The notes under the pieces: model-generated
The model's database searches: none
Told to the model about the DNA's origin: nothing
The model's input: the letters and a program-made list of their open reading frames with translations, nothing else
Shown: positions 19,151-28,505 of the stretch, one piece after another
Numbering within the stretch: position 1 is the first letter of the stretch
Layout: every line of letters starts with the position of its first letter
From: Thermoleophilaceae bacterium
GTDB lineage: Bacteria > Actinomycetota > Thermoleophilia > Solirubrobacterales > Thermoleophilaceae
NCBI GenBank assembly: GCA_044867325.1
Contig: JBIOUS010000012.1
Span: 11,771-75,770 of the forward strand
Reading direction: 5' to 3'
DNA length: 64,000 nucleotides
Translations under genes and position numbers: made by a program

Positions 19151-20125
19151 TCAGGCGGCGGGATCGAGCGCGCCGCGGAAGCGGTCGCGGTACTCGCTGG
19201 GACTGACGCCCAGGCGGCGGCGGAAAGCGCGTCGGAAGGTCTCCGGGGTGCCGAAGCCGCAGGTTGCGGCGATCTGCTCGGCGCCGGCCGCCGTAGTCTG
19301 GAGCAGCTCGACGGCACGCTCGACGCGGACCGTCTCGACGTAGGCGGCCGGTGTAACGCCGACCTCGCGGCGGAAGGCGCGCGCGAAACCGCGCACGCTC
19401 ATGTGGGCGTGCCCGGCGAGCACCTCGACGGTCAGCTCGGCCTCGGGCCGGGCGCGTGCCAGCTCTTGCGCCGCGCGGATCGGCGGCCGCTCGGCGATCT
19501 GGGTCGCGAGCGGAGCGGAGAACTGGGCCTGGCCTCCGGGGCGCTTCGCGAAGACGACGAGCCAGCGAGCGATCTCCAGCGCTGTCGCGCGTCCGCAGTC
19601 CTCCTCGACGAGCGCCAGCGCTAGGTCGATCCCGGCTGTGACGCCGGCCGAGGTCCAGACGTCGCCGTCGCGAACGAAGATCGAGTTGGGATCGACGTCG
19701 ATGCTCGGATGACGCGCGGCGAGCCAGTCGACGGCCGACCAGTGCGTCGCCGCACGCCGCCCGTCGAGTAAGCCCGCCTCGGCGAGCAGAAAAGCGCCGG
19801 TGCAGACGGACGCCACTCGCCGCGTGCGGGCAGCCGCGCCAACGATCGAGGCGACCAGCGGTTCGTCACGTGCGGCGTCGCCGGTGCCACCGCCGCCCGC
19901 CACGATAAGCGTGTCGATCGCACCCTCGACTGCGTTGAGTGCGCCAGCGGGTGCGATCGCGAGCCCGCTGGTGGTCGCGAATGGTGCGCCGTCGCCGCTG
20001 ACGACGCTGTGCGCGTAACGGCCGGGGGAGAGCCGCTCGGCGATGTCGAAGACCTCGAGCGGCCCGCTGATGTCGAGCGACTGGCAGCCCTCGAAGCCGA
20101 GAATCACTACCTGGCGACGTCCCAT
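19151..20125 (-). CDS. GlxA-family transcriptional regulator (DJ-1-like domain fused to an AraC HTH)
   Basis: The start at 20125 begins '[26 protein letters not shown]'. '[24 protein letters not shown]' marks the DJ-1-like domain. The C-terminal AraC HTH shows '[24 protein letters not shown]'. Confidence 0.87.
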   Translation of the reverse strand: [324 protein letters not shown]

Positions 20126-20210
20126 GAGCCGATGATTGCGCTTCCGTCGCCTGACCGCAATGCCAGCTAGCGGACGATTTCGGCCAGTAGTGGCCGATCC
20201 GTGCGCCACA

Positions 20211-21194
20211 ATGGCCGCGGTGGTCGTCGACTACGCGATCTACGAGCACGGTCGGCGGCGCGAGGAGCCGCTGCCGCTCGAGGACGCGGTCATCGCCTGT
20301 CGTGCGCCCGACACCTTCGTCTGGATCGGCCTCTACGAGCCGACCGAGCAGGAGTTCGCGACGATCAGGAAGGAGTTCGATCTCCACGAGCTCGCCGTCG
20401 AGGACGCGATCCACGCCCACCAGCGGCCGAAGCTGGAGCTATACGGCGAGATGGTCTTCGTGGTCCTCAAGACCGCCCGTTACGTCGATCCCGACGAGGT
20501 TGTCCAACTCGGCGAGATCCTCGTCTTCCTCGGCGAGGACTTCGTGATCACCGTGCGTCACGGCGAGGCCAGCTCGCTGCACGGGGTTCGCGAGAGCCTC
20601 GAGGCCGATCCGAAGCGACTCCGTCACGGCTCGGGCGCCGTCCTGCATGCGATCGTCGATCGGGTCGTCGACGACTACGGCCCGGCGATCGAGGGGCTCG
20701 GCGAGGACATCGACGAGGTCGAGAGCGAGGTCTTCTCGTCCGGGCGCGGCAACCCGACGGAGCGGATCTACAAGCTCAAGCGCGAGGTGCTCGAGTTCAA
20801 CCGGGCGACCGCGCCGCTGCTCGAGCCGGTCAACCGCATGGGGCGCGGCGACTACTCGGTCATCCCGGAGGAGATCCGCGCCTACTTCCGTGACGTCGAC
20901 GACCACCTGCGCCGTGTGCGCGAGCAGCTCGAGGGCTACCGCGACCTGCTGACCAGCGTCCTGGAGGCAAACCTCGCGCAGGTCACGGTGCGGCAGAACC
21001 AGGACGTACGCAAGATCTCGGCGTTCGTCGCGATCCTCGCCGTTCCCACGATGATCGCCGCGATCTATGGGATGAACTTCGAGGACATGCCCGAGCTCGG
21101 CTGGAGCCTGGGCTATCCGGCCGTGCTCGTCTTGATGGCGACGATCTGCTTCGCCCTCTACCGCTACTTCCGCCGCATCGGCTGGCTCGAGTAG
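20211..21194 (+). CDS. corA: magnesium/cobalt transporter CorA
   Basis: 'YGMNFEDMPE' is the GMN motif, and two C-terminal TM helices are present. The likely start is the ATG at 20211 ('MAAVVVDYAIYE') within ORF 20136... Confidence 0.92.
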   Translation: MAAVVVDYAIYEHGRRREEPLPLEDAVIACRAPDTFVWIGLYEPTEQEFATIRKEFDLHELAVEDAIHAHQRPKLELYGEMVFVVLKTARYVDPDEVVQLGEILVFLGEDFVITVRHGEASSLHGVRESLEADPKRLRHGSGAVLHAIVDRVVDDYGPAIEGLGEDIDEVESEVFSSGRGNPTERIYKLKREVLEFNRATAPLLEPVNRMGRGDYSVIPEEIRAYFRDVDDHLRRVREQLEGYRDLLTSVLEANLAQVTVRQNQDVRKISAFVAILAVPTMIAAIYGMNFEDMPELGWSLGYPAVLVLMATICFALYRYFRRIGWLE

Positions 21195-21230
21195 CTGGTC
21201 ACGATCGGACGACCCGCATAATCAGGGGCC

Positions 21231-23045
21231 GTGAGCGCGCCCGCCTCGAACATTCGCAACTTCTCGATCATCGCCCACATCGACCATGGCAAGTCGACGC
21301 TGGCCGACCGCATCCTCGAGGTGACCAAGACCGTCGAGGCGCGCGACCACCGGCCGCAGCTACTCGACTCGATGGATCTCGAGCGCGAGCGGGGGATCAC
21401 GATCAAAGCCCAGGCGGTGCGGGTCGAGTACATCGCCAAGGACGGCGAGACCTACCGTCTCCACCTGATCGACACACCGGGCCACGTCGACTTCACCTAC
21501 GAGGTCTCGCGCTCGTTGGCTGCCTGCGATGGGGCGCTGCTGGTCGTAGACGCGTCCCAGGGCGTCGAGGCTCAGACGGTCGCCAACACCTACCTCGCGG
21601 TCGATGCTGGACTCGAGCTGATCCCGGTGATGAACAAGATCGACCTGCCGGGATCGGAGCCGGAGCGCGTTGCCGGGGAGATCTCCGAGCTGCTCGGGGA
21701 GCCCGCCGACGGAGTGATCTCGATGTCGGCCAAGACGGGGGAGGGCGTCACCGAGGTGCTCGAGGCGATCGTCGCCAAGGTCTCCTCGCCGGAGGGCGAC
21801 AGCGATGCCCCGGCACGCGCGTTGATCTTCGACTCCGAGTTCGATCAGTACCGCGGGGTAGTCGCCTATGTCCGTGTGGTCGACGGTGTCTTGCGCAAGA
21901 ACGACGCGATCGTCGCGATGCAGACCGGCACCCAGGCCGAGATCGATGAGATCGGCTTCTTCGGACCGCAGATGACGCCGGTGAGCGAGCTCAGGGCCGG
22001 CGAGGTCGGCTACATCATCACCGGCATCAAGGAGGTGTCGTTGCTGCGCGTCGGCGACACGTTGACGACGAAGATCCGTCCCGCTGCCGAGCCGCTGCCC
22101 GGCTACCGAGAGGTCAAGCCGATGGTCTTCTGCGGCCTGTTCCCGGTCGAGACCGACCGCTTCGCCGACCTACGCGACGCGCTCGAGAAGCTCTCGCTCA
22201 ACGACGCCGCGCTCTCGTGGGAGCCCGAGACCAGCCAGGCACTCGGGTTCGGCTTCCGCTGCGGTTTCCTCGGCCTGCTGCACATGGACATCGTTCGTGA
22301 GCGGCTGGAGCGCGAGTACGACCTCGAGCTGCTGGCGACCACTCCGAACGTCGAGTACGACTGCACGCTGACCAACGGTGAGGAGGTGGTCGTCCACTCG
22401 CCGAACGACATGCCCGATCCGGGTGTGATCGCCGAGGTCCGCGAGCCCTACCTGAAGGCGACGATTCTCTGTCCGAAAGATGCGGTCGGCGCCGTGATGG
22501 AGCTGTGCCAGGATCGTCGTGGCACCCACGTCGGGATGAGCTTCCTCTCCGAGCAGCGCGTCCAGCTCCACTACGACCTGCCGCTCGCCGAGGTCGTGCT
22601 CGACTTCTTCGACCAGCTCAAGTCGCGCACCAAGGGCTACGCCTCACTCGACTACGAGCTGACCGGGATGCGGCCGTCGGACCTCGTCAAGCTCGACATC
22701 CTGCTTGCCGGCGACCAGGTCGACGCACTCTCGATGGTCGTCCATAAGGACAAGGCGTACGACGCCGGCCGTGGCTTGACGGAGCGGTTGCGCAAGCAGA
22801 TTCCGCGTCAGCAGTTCGAGGTCGCGATCCAGGCGGCGATCGGCTCGCACATCGTCGCCCGCGAGTCGGTCAAGGCGGTTCGCAAGGACGTGATCGCGAA
22901 GTGCTACGGCGGCGACATCACACGTAAGAAGAAGCTGCTCGAGAAGCAGAAGCAGGGCAAGAAGCGGATGAAGCAGGTCGGCCGCATCGAGGTTCCGCAG
23001 GAGGCGTTCCTGTCGGTGCTGACGCTCGGCGACGGCGACGACTGA
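21231..23045 (+). CDS. lepA: translation elongation factor 4 (LepA)
   Basis: '[20 protein letters not shown]', 'DTPGHVDF', 'NKID' and the LepA-specific C-terminal '[35 protein letters not shown]' are present. Confidence 0.97.
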   Translation: MSAPASNIRNFSIIAHIDHGKSTLADRILEVTKTVEARDHRPQLLDSMDLERERGITIKAQAVRVEYIAKDGETYRLHLIDTPGHVDFTYEVSRSLAACDGALLVVDASQGVEAQTVANTYLAVDAGLELIPVMNKIDLPGSEPERVAGEISELLGEPADGVISMSAKTGEGVTEVLEAIVAKVSSPEGDSDAPARALIFDSEFDQYRGVVAYVRVVDGVLRKNDAIVAMQTGTQAEIDEIGFFGPQMTPVSELRAGEVGYIITGIKEVSLLRVGDTLTTKIRPAAEPLPGYREVKPMVFCGLFPVETDRFADLRDALEKLSLNDAALSWEPETSQALGFGFRCGFLGLLHMDIVRERLEREYDLELLATTPNVEYDCTLTNGEEVVVHSPNDMPDPGVIAEVREPYLKATILCPKDAVGAVMELCQDRRGTHVGMSFLSEQRVQLHYDLPLAEVVLDFFDQLKSRTKGYASLDYELTGMRPSDLVKLDILLAGDQVDALSMVVHKDKAYDAGRGLTERLRKQIPRQQFEVAIQAAIGSHIVARESVKAVRKDVIAKCYGGDITRKKKLLEKQKQGKKRMKQVGRIEVPQEAFLSVLTLGDGDD

Positions 23046-23135
23046 GCACCGTTCTGCAACGGACCCGCAACAACTTAAGAAAACCTTTGCGCGCAGCTTA
23101 GAAACGCTTAAGGGGCCAGGCGTAGTTTCTCCGCC

Positions 23136-24002
23136 ATGGCCGCGCTACAGACAGCACCCAACCCGACAGTCGACTCGCTTCAGCTTTTCCTGGACGGCAT
23201 CGCGAAGACGCGTTTGCTGACCGCCGCCGAGGAGCTGGATCTCGCCAAGCGCATCGAGCGCGGCGACCTCGAGGCGAAGAACCGTATGACCGAGGCCAAC
23301 CTGCGTCTCGTCGTATCGATCGCCAAGCGCTACCGCAACCAGGGTCTCGACTTCATGGAGCTGATCCAGGAGGGATCGATCGGTCTGGTCCGCGCCGTCG
23401 AGAAGTTCGACTACCGCAAGGGATTCAAGTTCTCGACTTACGCGACCTGGTGGATCCGGCAGGCGATCTCCCGTGCCCTCGCCGACAAGTCGCGCACGAT
23501 CCGGATCCCGATCCACATCAATCAGCAGCTACAGAAGCTCGATGGCGCGCAGCGCAGGCTCGAGGCTGCTCGTGACCGCGACCCCTCGTTCGAGGAGATC
23601 GCTGCGGCGTCCGGCCTCGACATCGACCCGGCCGAGGCGGAGCTGATCATGCGCGCCTCACGGGCGCCGGTGTCGCTCGACAAGCCGGTCGGCGGAACCG
23701 GCGACGACGACGCTGCCGAACTGGGCCATCTGATCCCAGATCAGGGCGCCGTGTCGCCTTTCGAAGCGGCCGCTGAGGCACTTGACCGTTCACGGCTGGC
23801 GCTGGCGCTGGAGAACCTCTCCTACCGCGAGCGACGTGTCGTGGAACTGCGCTACGGCCTCTTCGGAGAGCAGCCGCGCACGCTCGACGACGTCGGTCGG
23901 ATGTTCGGCTTGACCCGCGAGCGGGCGCGCCAGATCGAGGAACACGCCGTGCGCAAGCTGTCCTCGTTGGCCGAGGCCCAGGGCCTACGCGAAGCCGCGT
24001 AA
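23136..24002 (+). CDS. RNA polymerase sigma-70 factor, group 1/2 (RpoD/SigA-SigB-like, short N-terminus)
   Basis: Region 1.2 is '[27 protein letters not shown]'. Region 2 is '[11 protein letters not shown]...[42 protein letters not shown]'. Region 4.2 is '[20 protein letters not shown]'. Confidence 0.9.
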   Translation: MAALQTAPNPTVDSLQLFLDGIAKTRLLTAAEELDLAKRIERGDLEAKNRMTEANLRLVVSIAKRYRNQGLDFMELIQEGSIGLVRAVEKFDYRKGFKFSTYATWWIRQAISRALADKSRTIRIPIHINQQLQKLDGAQRRLEAARDRDPSFEEIAAASGLDIDPAEAELIMRASRAPVSLDKPVGGTGDDDAAELGHLIPDQGAVSPFEAAAEALDRSRLALALENLSYRERRVVELRYGLFGEQPRTLDDVGRMFGLTRERARQIEEHAVRKLSSLAEAQGLREAA

Positions 24003-24199
24003 GAAATTCGCTGCATCTTTGTGATCCAAAATATGTCGCTCCGCGTATAGCGGAGCAAAACTGGACTTCAAAGCCTGGGCGCGGAGCCCTCCCTCCATTT
24101 GGCTCTGCTGCCTGGGGCGGGCGCCAAAAGGGTGGGCACGGCCGCTTCACACCGCGGTCGTGCCGCCCGCCCGCCGCGGGCTGTTATTAGACTGGCCGC

Positions 24200-24640
24200 G
24201 TGCCAGTAGATGCAAGCGCGAAGGGCAAGCAGTACCCGCCCTTCGAATATGAGGTCGGCAAGGAGAAGATCCGCGAGTTCGCCCAGGCGGTCGGCGAGGA
24301 CAACGCTGTCTACTTCGAGCGTGCCGCCGCCAAGGAAGCGGGTCTGCGCGACATCCCCGCTCCGCCGATGTTCGCCGTCGTCTACTCGGCTGGTGCGATG
24401 GGGCCGGCGATCCTCGATCCCGAGGTTGGGATCAACTTCGCGCTGATGGTGCACGGTGGCCAAGAGTTCGCCTGGGGCGAGCCGGTCTGCTCAGGCGACA
24501 CGATCACGACGGTCGCCGAGTGCAAGGACATCTTCGAGAAGGACGGCAAGGGCTTCTACGTCTTCGAGTCGGTCTCGACCAACCAGGACGGCAACGAAGT
24601 CGTACGAGCTACCTGGACCAACATCGTGAGGGGGGTTTGA
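24200..24640 (+). CDS. MaoC-like/FAS1-type dehydratase N-terminal-type subunit (HadA-like, UPF0336 family)
   Basis: GTG start. 'GKQYPPFEYEVGKEKIREFAQAVGEDNAVY..' is typical of HadA/HadC-like hot-dog proteins. It is immediately followed by a MaoC subunit gene. Confidence 0.78.
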   Translation: MPVDASAKGKQYPPFEYEVGKEKIREFAQAVGEDNAVYFERAAAKEAGLRDIPAPPMFAVVYSAGAMGPAILDPEVGINFALMVHGGQEFAWGEPVCSGDTITTVAECKDIFEKDGKGFYVFESVSTNQDGNEVVRATWTNIVRGV

Positions 24641-24642
24641 CG

Positions 24643-25029
24643 GTGAACGTCGGCGATTCGATCCCAGAGCTGCGCGTGACTCCCGACCGCTTCCTGCCGC
24701 ACCGCTATGCGGGCGCATCGGGCGACTTCAACCCGATTCACATCGACAAGGAGTTCGCCACCCAGGTCGGTCTGCCGGGCAACATCCTTCACGGCCTCTA
24801 CGGAATGGCGCTGGTCGCCCGGGCCAACGCGGCGGCCGCTGGCGGCGATCCGCGCTCGCTGAAGCGGCTGTCTGTGCAGTTCCGTGGCATGGGATTGCCG
24901 GAGCAGGAGATCGTCGTCAGTGGAACGGTCACCGCGGCCGACGGCAACAACGCGACCGTCGACACGGTCGCTGAGCAGTCCGGCAAGCAGATCATCAAGA
25001 ACGCAGTCGCCGAGCTGCGGGCAGTCTGA
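24643..25029 (+). CDS. MaoC-domain (R)-specific hydratase/dehydratase subunit (HadB-like)
   Basis: A GTG at 24643, in frame with ORF 24520.., is preceded by GAGGGGGG. 'YAGASGDFNPIHIDKEFA...G....ILHG' is the hydratase 2 motif. Confidence 0.8.
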   Translation: MNVGDSIPELRVTPDRFLPHRYAGASGDFNPIHIDKEFATQVGLPGNILHGLYGMALVARANAAAAGGDPRSLKRLSVQFRGMGLPEQEIVVSGTVTAADGNNATVDTVAEQSGKQIIKNAVAELRAV

Positions 25030-25052
25030 GCGCGTCCGTCACAATTCAGGGC

Positions 25053-26078
25053 GTGCAGGTAACGGTCCGCCAGCAGTTCCTACTTCGCAAGGTCGTCGAG
25101 GGTCATGCGGACCTGAACACCCCCGTCGGGTCGAGATGGCTCGCCGATCAGGCCGACGTCCCGTGGGGTCCGTCCACCGTCCGTTCGGAGCTCGCGCGAC
25201 TCGAGGACCTCGGGCTGCTCGAGCATCCACATACCTCGGCGGGACGGGTTCCGACCGACAGCGGCTACCGCCACTACGTCGACGAGCTGCTCGAGCAGGG
25301 AGTGCAGCCGGCGCCGCGCAAGTCCGTCGAGCTGTCCGACATGCGCCGCGAGCTCGACGACGCGATGCGCGCGACGACCGAGCAGCTTTCGCAGGTCACG
25401 GATCTGCTCGCGCTGGTGACGGCGCCGCCGATCGAGACAGCGACGATCCATCGCGTCGAGGTGCTTGCGCTCCAGCCGAGCGTCGCGATGGTCGTCGTGA
25501 TCACCTCGACCGGCGGTGTGACCAAGCGCGTGATTCCGTTCGACGGGCCGCTCGACGGCGGCCTGATCGACTGGGCCGGCGCCTATCTCAACGAGGCGCT
25601 TGGCGGGCTCGACGTCGGTTCGCGTCTGCTCGCGGGCAAGCTCGCCGATCCCGAGTTGAGCAGCCGCGAGCGTGAGTTTCTCGCCCAGCTCTCGCCGGCT
25701 TTCACCGAGCTCGAGGACAGTGCCGAGCACACGCTCTTCTACGACGGCGCGGCGCGGTTGATCTCCGAGCAACGCTTCCAGGAGCTGCCGCAGCTGTCCG
25801 ATCTGATGGACGTGCTGCAGCGCCGCCAGGCGCTGCTGTCGCTGATGCGCGCGTCGCTGGCGGAGCCGAACGTCTACCTGCGGATCGGTCAGGAGAACCC
25901 AGCGCCGGAGCTGCGCTCGCTGAGCATGGTCGCCGCCAACTATGGAGTTGCGCGCCGCAACCTTGGCGCGGTCAGCGTTCTCGGTCCGGTGCGGATGGAC
26001 TATCCAGGGGCGATCATCGCGGTCCGCCAGGCGGCGGCCGAGCTGTCGCGCTTCGTTGCCGAGGTATACGACGAGTAA
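25053..26078 (+). CDS. hrcA: heat-inducible transcription repressor HrcA
   Basis: GTG start. The winged-helix N-terminus shows 'PVGSRWLA......GPSTVRSELARLEDLGLLEHPHTSAGRVPTD.GYR'. The length is 341 aa and it lies directly upstream of dnaJ. Confidence 0.9.
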   Translation: MQVTVRQQFLLRKVVEGHADLNTPVGSRWLADQADVPWGPSTVRSELARLEDLGLLEHPHTSAGRVPTDSGYRHYVDELLEQGVQPAPRKSVELSDMRRELDDAMRATTEQLSQVTDLLALVTAPPIETATIHRVEVLALQPSVAMVVVITSTGGVTKRVIPFDGPLDGGLIDWAGAYLNEALGGLDVGSRLLAGKLADPELSSREREFLAQLSPAFTELEDSAEHTLFYDGAARLISEQRFQELPQLSDLMDVLQRRQALLSLMRASLAEPNVYLRIGQENPAPELRSLSMVAANYGVARRNLGAVSVLGPVRMDYPGAIIAVRQAAAELSRFVAEVYDE

Positions 26079-27202
26079 TGGCCAGGCGTGACGCGTATGA
26101 GGTGCTCGGTGTCGAGCGCGGCGCTGACGAGCGCCAGATCAAGAAGCGCTTCCGCGTAGTCGCGCGCGAGCTGCATCCCGACGTCAACTCCGAGCCCGAC
26201 GCCGAGGAGCGGTTCAAGGAGGCAGCCGAGTGCTACGAGGTGCTCAGCGACAGCGAGCGGCGTCAGATCTATGACCGCTCCGGCTGGGAGGGCCTCGATT
26301 CGCGTGGCAAGGCACCGCATGCGCACGGCTTCGGCTCCTTCTCGGACATCTTCGACGCCTTCTTCGGCGGTGACCCCTTCGGCGCCGGCCGTGGTGGCGG
26401 TCCTGGTCCGGTCCAGGGCGGCGACGTCGGCGTGGAGGTCGAGATCACGCTCGAGCAGGCGGCCCAGGGAGCGACCGTCACGGCCAGCTTCGACGCGGTC
26501 GAGACGTGCGGCCACTGCCACGGCAACCGCGCCGAGCCCGGTACCCCGATCGAGATCTGCCCACGCTGCGATGGCGCCGGCCAACTACGGGCGGTATCGC
26601 AGACAGCATTCGGCCAGATGGTCAGGGCACAGGTCTGCGACCAGTGCGGCGGCGACGGCAAGGTCGCGACCACGCCCTGCAAGGAGTGCCGCGGCCAGGG
26701 ACGCAAGGCGGCGCGCCGTTCGCTCGACATCGACATCCCGGCCGGCATCGCCGATGGTCAGCGGGTGCGGCTGACGAGTAGCGGTCACGCCGGCGACCGC
26801 GGCGGCCCGCCCGGCGATCTCTACGTGATCGTTCAGGTCGCCGAGGACGAGCGTTTCGTGCGCGACGGCGCCGATCTGGTCAGCATCGTCGACATCGCGG
26901 CTCCCGATGCCGCGCTCGGCGTAACCGTCACCGTGCCGACGCTCGACGGCGACGAGGAGATCGACATCGCCGCCGGTACCCAGCCAGGGACGATCGTCAC
27001 TTTGCGCGGTCACGGCATGCCGCAGATCGGCCGTGGTCGTCGCGGCGATCAGCGCGTCGTCCTCAACGTGGTGATCCCGCGCAATCTCGACGAGCGTCAG
27101 CGTGAGTTGCTCTCCGAGCTCTCAGCCACGATCACCGAGGACAACCTGCACGAGCCGCGGCGCGAGTCGATCGTCGACAAGGTCCGCCGGGCATTGCGTT
27201 GA
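26078..27202 (+). CDS. dnaJ: molecular chaperone DnaJ
   Basis: The J domain shows 'DAYEVLGVERGADERQIKKRFR..ARELHPD'. A G/F region follows, then four CxxCxG zinc motifs (CGHCHG, CPRCDG, CDQCGG, CKECRG). Confidence 0.96.
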   Translation: MARRDAYEVLGVERGADERQIKKRFRVVARELHPDVNSEPDAEERFKEAAECYEVLSDSERRQIYDRSGWEGLDSRGKAPHAHGFGSFSDIFDAFFGGDPFGAGRGGGPGPVQGGDVGVEVEITLEQAAQGATVTASFDAVETCGHCHGNRAEPGTPIEICPRCDGAGQLRAVSQTAFGQMVRAQVCDQCGGDGKVATTPCKECRGQGRKAARRSLDIDIPAGIADGQRVRLTSSGHAGDRGGPPGDLYVIVQVAEDERFVRDGADLVSIVDIAAPDAALGVTVTVPTLDGDEEIDIAAGTQPGTIVTLRGHGMPQIGRGRRGDQRVVLNVVIPRNLDERQRELLSELSATITEDNLHEPRRESIVDKVRRALR

Positions 27203-27999
27203 TCCGGCTGGCGATCCGCGCCCCGGCGGCCGACGCCGAGCTGGTGCTGGCGGCGCTGCTCGAGCTCGCCCCATCCGGCGTTGAGCAAGTTGATGGTGTC
27301 GACAGCGTCGAGTTCGCCGTCTACGGGGCGCCCGGCGAGCTGCCGGAGCTCGACGAGGGCGAGGCCGAGGTCGGCGGCATACGCGTCACGGTCTCCGGCG
27401 AGGAGGTGCCCGACGACTGGGCCGAGCGCTGGAAGCGCTTCCACACGCCGATCCTCGTCGCCGACCGCCTCTACGTCCGTCCGCCTTGGGAGGAGGCGCC
27501 GGTCCGGCCGGGCGTGATCGACCTGAGAATCGATCCGGGCCGCGCCTTTGGCACCGGCGCTCACGCGACGACCCGGCTCTGTCTCGAGCTGTTGGCCGGC
27601 CTCGACGGCAAGGGCTCGTTCTGTGACCTCGGCTGTGGCTCCGGCGTGCTGGCGATCGCCGCCGCCAAGCTCGGCTACGGACCGATCGAGGCCGTCGACT
27701 CCGACCGCCTCGCCGTCGACGCGACCAACCTCAACGCCCGCGACAACGGCGTTGCGCTCGACGTCGTGCGGCGCGCCAACCTGCGCGAGGAGGCGCCGCC
27801 ACGCGCCGACACGATCGCTGCCAACCTGATGCGCCCGCTGCTGCTGCAAGTCGCCAAGCTGATCGATCACCGCCCCAACGGCCTGATCCTCTCCGGCCTG
27901 CTCGACCACGAGGCCGACGAGGTAGCCGCGGCCTTCGCCCCGCTCCAGGAGCAGCGCCGCCTGTCCGATCGTGGCTGGACTGCGTTGCTCTTGACTTAG
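27199..27999 (+). CDS. prmA: ribosomal protein L11 methyltransferase
   Basis: 'IDPGRAFGTGAHATTRLCLE' and the SAM motif 'DLGCGSGVLAIAAAKLG' are present. The position after dnaJ is conserved. Confidence 0.9.
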   Translation: MIRLAIRAPAADAELVLAALLELAPSGVEQVDGVDSVEFAVYGAPGELPELDEGEAEVGGIRVTVSGEEVPDDWAERWKRFHTPILVADRLYVRPPWEEAPVRPGVIDLRIDPGRAFGTGAHATTRLCLELLAGLDGKGSFCDLGCGSGVLAIAAAKLGYGPIEAVDSDRLAVDATNLNARDNGVALDVVRRANLREEAPPRADTIAANLMRPLLLQVAKLIDHRPNGLILSGLLDHEADEVAAAFAPLQEQRRLSDRGWTALLLT

Positions 28000-28003
28000 C
28001 GGG

Positions 28004-28102
28004 GCTAGCGGAGGCGCGCAGCCGGACCGGTCCAAGTACCGCGTGTCGCGGCTAGCGGGAGCGAGGTCCGGTGAGTACCGCAGCATGGATTAGTGTCGCG
28101 CC
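28004..28102 (+). repeat. copy 1 of a ~100-nt conserved intergenic element (second copy at 42694-42794), ending at the ATG of the cupin gene
   Basis: Block 1 (28007-28033, AGCGGAGGCGCGCAGCCGGACCGGTCC) matches 42694-42719 at 26 of 27 positions. Block 2 (28055-28086, GCGGGAGCGAGGTCCGGTGAGTACCGCAGCAT) matches 42741-42772 at 30 of 32. The spacer between blocks is 21 nt in both copies. Confidence 0.7.
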
Positions 28103-28492
28103 ATGGACTACTCGATCAAGAATTTGCGGCAGGTTGAGGACTCGGCGCCGAAGCACGGCTTCTCGGAGGTCGGCGAGGCGCGTTTCCCGCGAACCGACTT
28201 GCGAGCGGAGACCACCGGCCTGGCCTACCACGTGCTGCGTCCGAACAAGCGGCAGGCGTTCGCCCACAAGCACGACAAGGCCGAGGAGATCTACGTCGTC
28301 CTGTCGGGCAGCGGACGGATCAAGCTCGACGACGACGTGGTCGAGCTCGAGACGATGGACGCCGTTCGGATCGCGCCGAGCACCGTGCGCGCGCTCGAGG
28401 CCGGCGACGACGGACTCGAGCTGCTGGCCTTCGGCCCCCGCCACGAGGCCGACGGCGAGATCATGCCGATCGACGGCTTTTGGAGCAGCTGA
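28103..28492 (+). CDS. cupin domain protein
   Basis: The 129-aa product has a cupin-like core, 'HKHDKAEEIYVVLSGSGRIKLDDDVVEL...DAVRIAP'. Confidence 0.72.
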   Translation: MDYSIKNLRQVEDSAPKHGFSEVGEARFPRTDLRAETTGLAYHVLRPNKRQAFAHKHDKAEEIYVVLSGSGRIKLDDDVVELETMDAVRIAPSTVRALEAGDDGLELLAFGPRHEADGEIMPIDGFWSS

Positions 28493-28505
28493 CTCCAGCT
28501 ACCGC

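Noticed and set aside
25030-25052. A CIRCE (TTAGCACTC-N9-GAGTGCTAA) or HAIR operator upstream of hrcA-dnaJ.
   Set aside because: Neither inverted repeat is present in the 23-nt spacer or in the preceding 200 nt. The operon is probably read through from upstream or regulated elsewhere.
28004-28102. The repeated element as a known riboswitch (TPP, glycine, guanidine-III/ykkC-III, fluoride, yybP, ZTP) or as a MITE/REP element.
   Set aside because: None of the invariant cores I remember could be aligned (CUGAGA...ACCUGAUCUGGAUAAUGCCAGCG for TPP, ACGR loops, and the others). I also saw no terminal inverted repeats or target-site duplications. The element is left unclassified.
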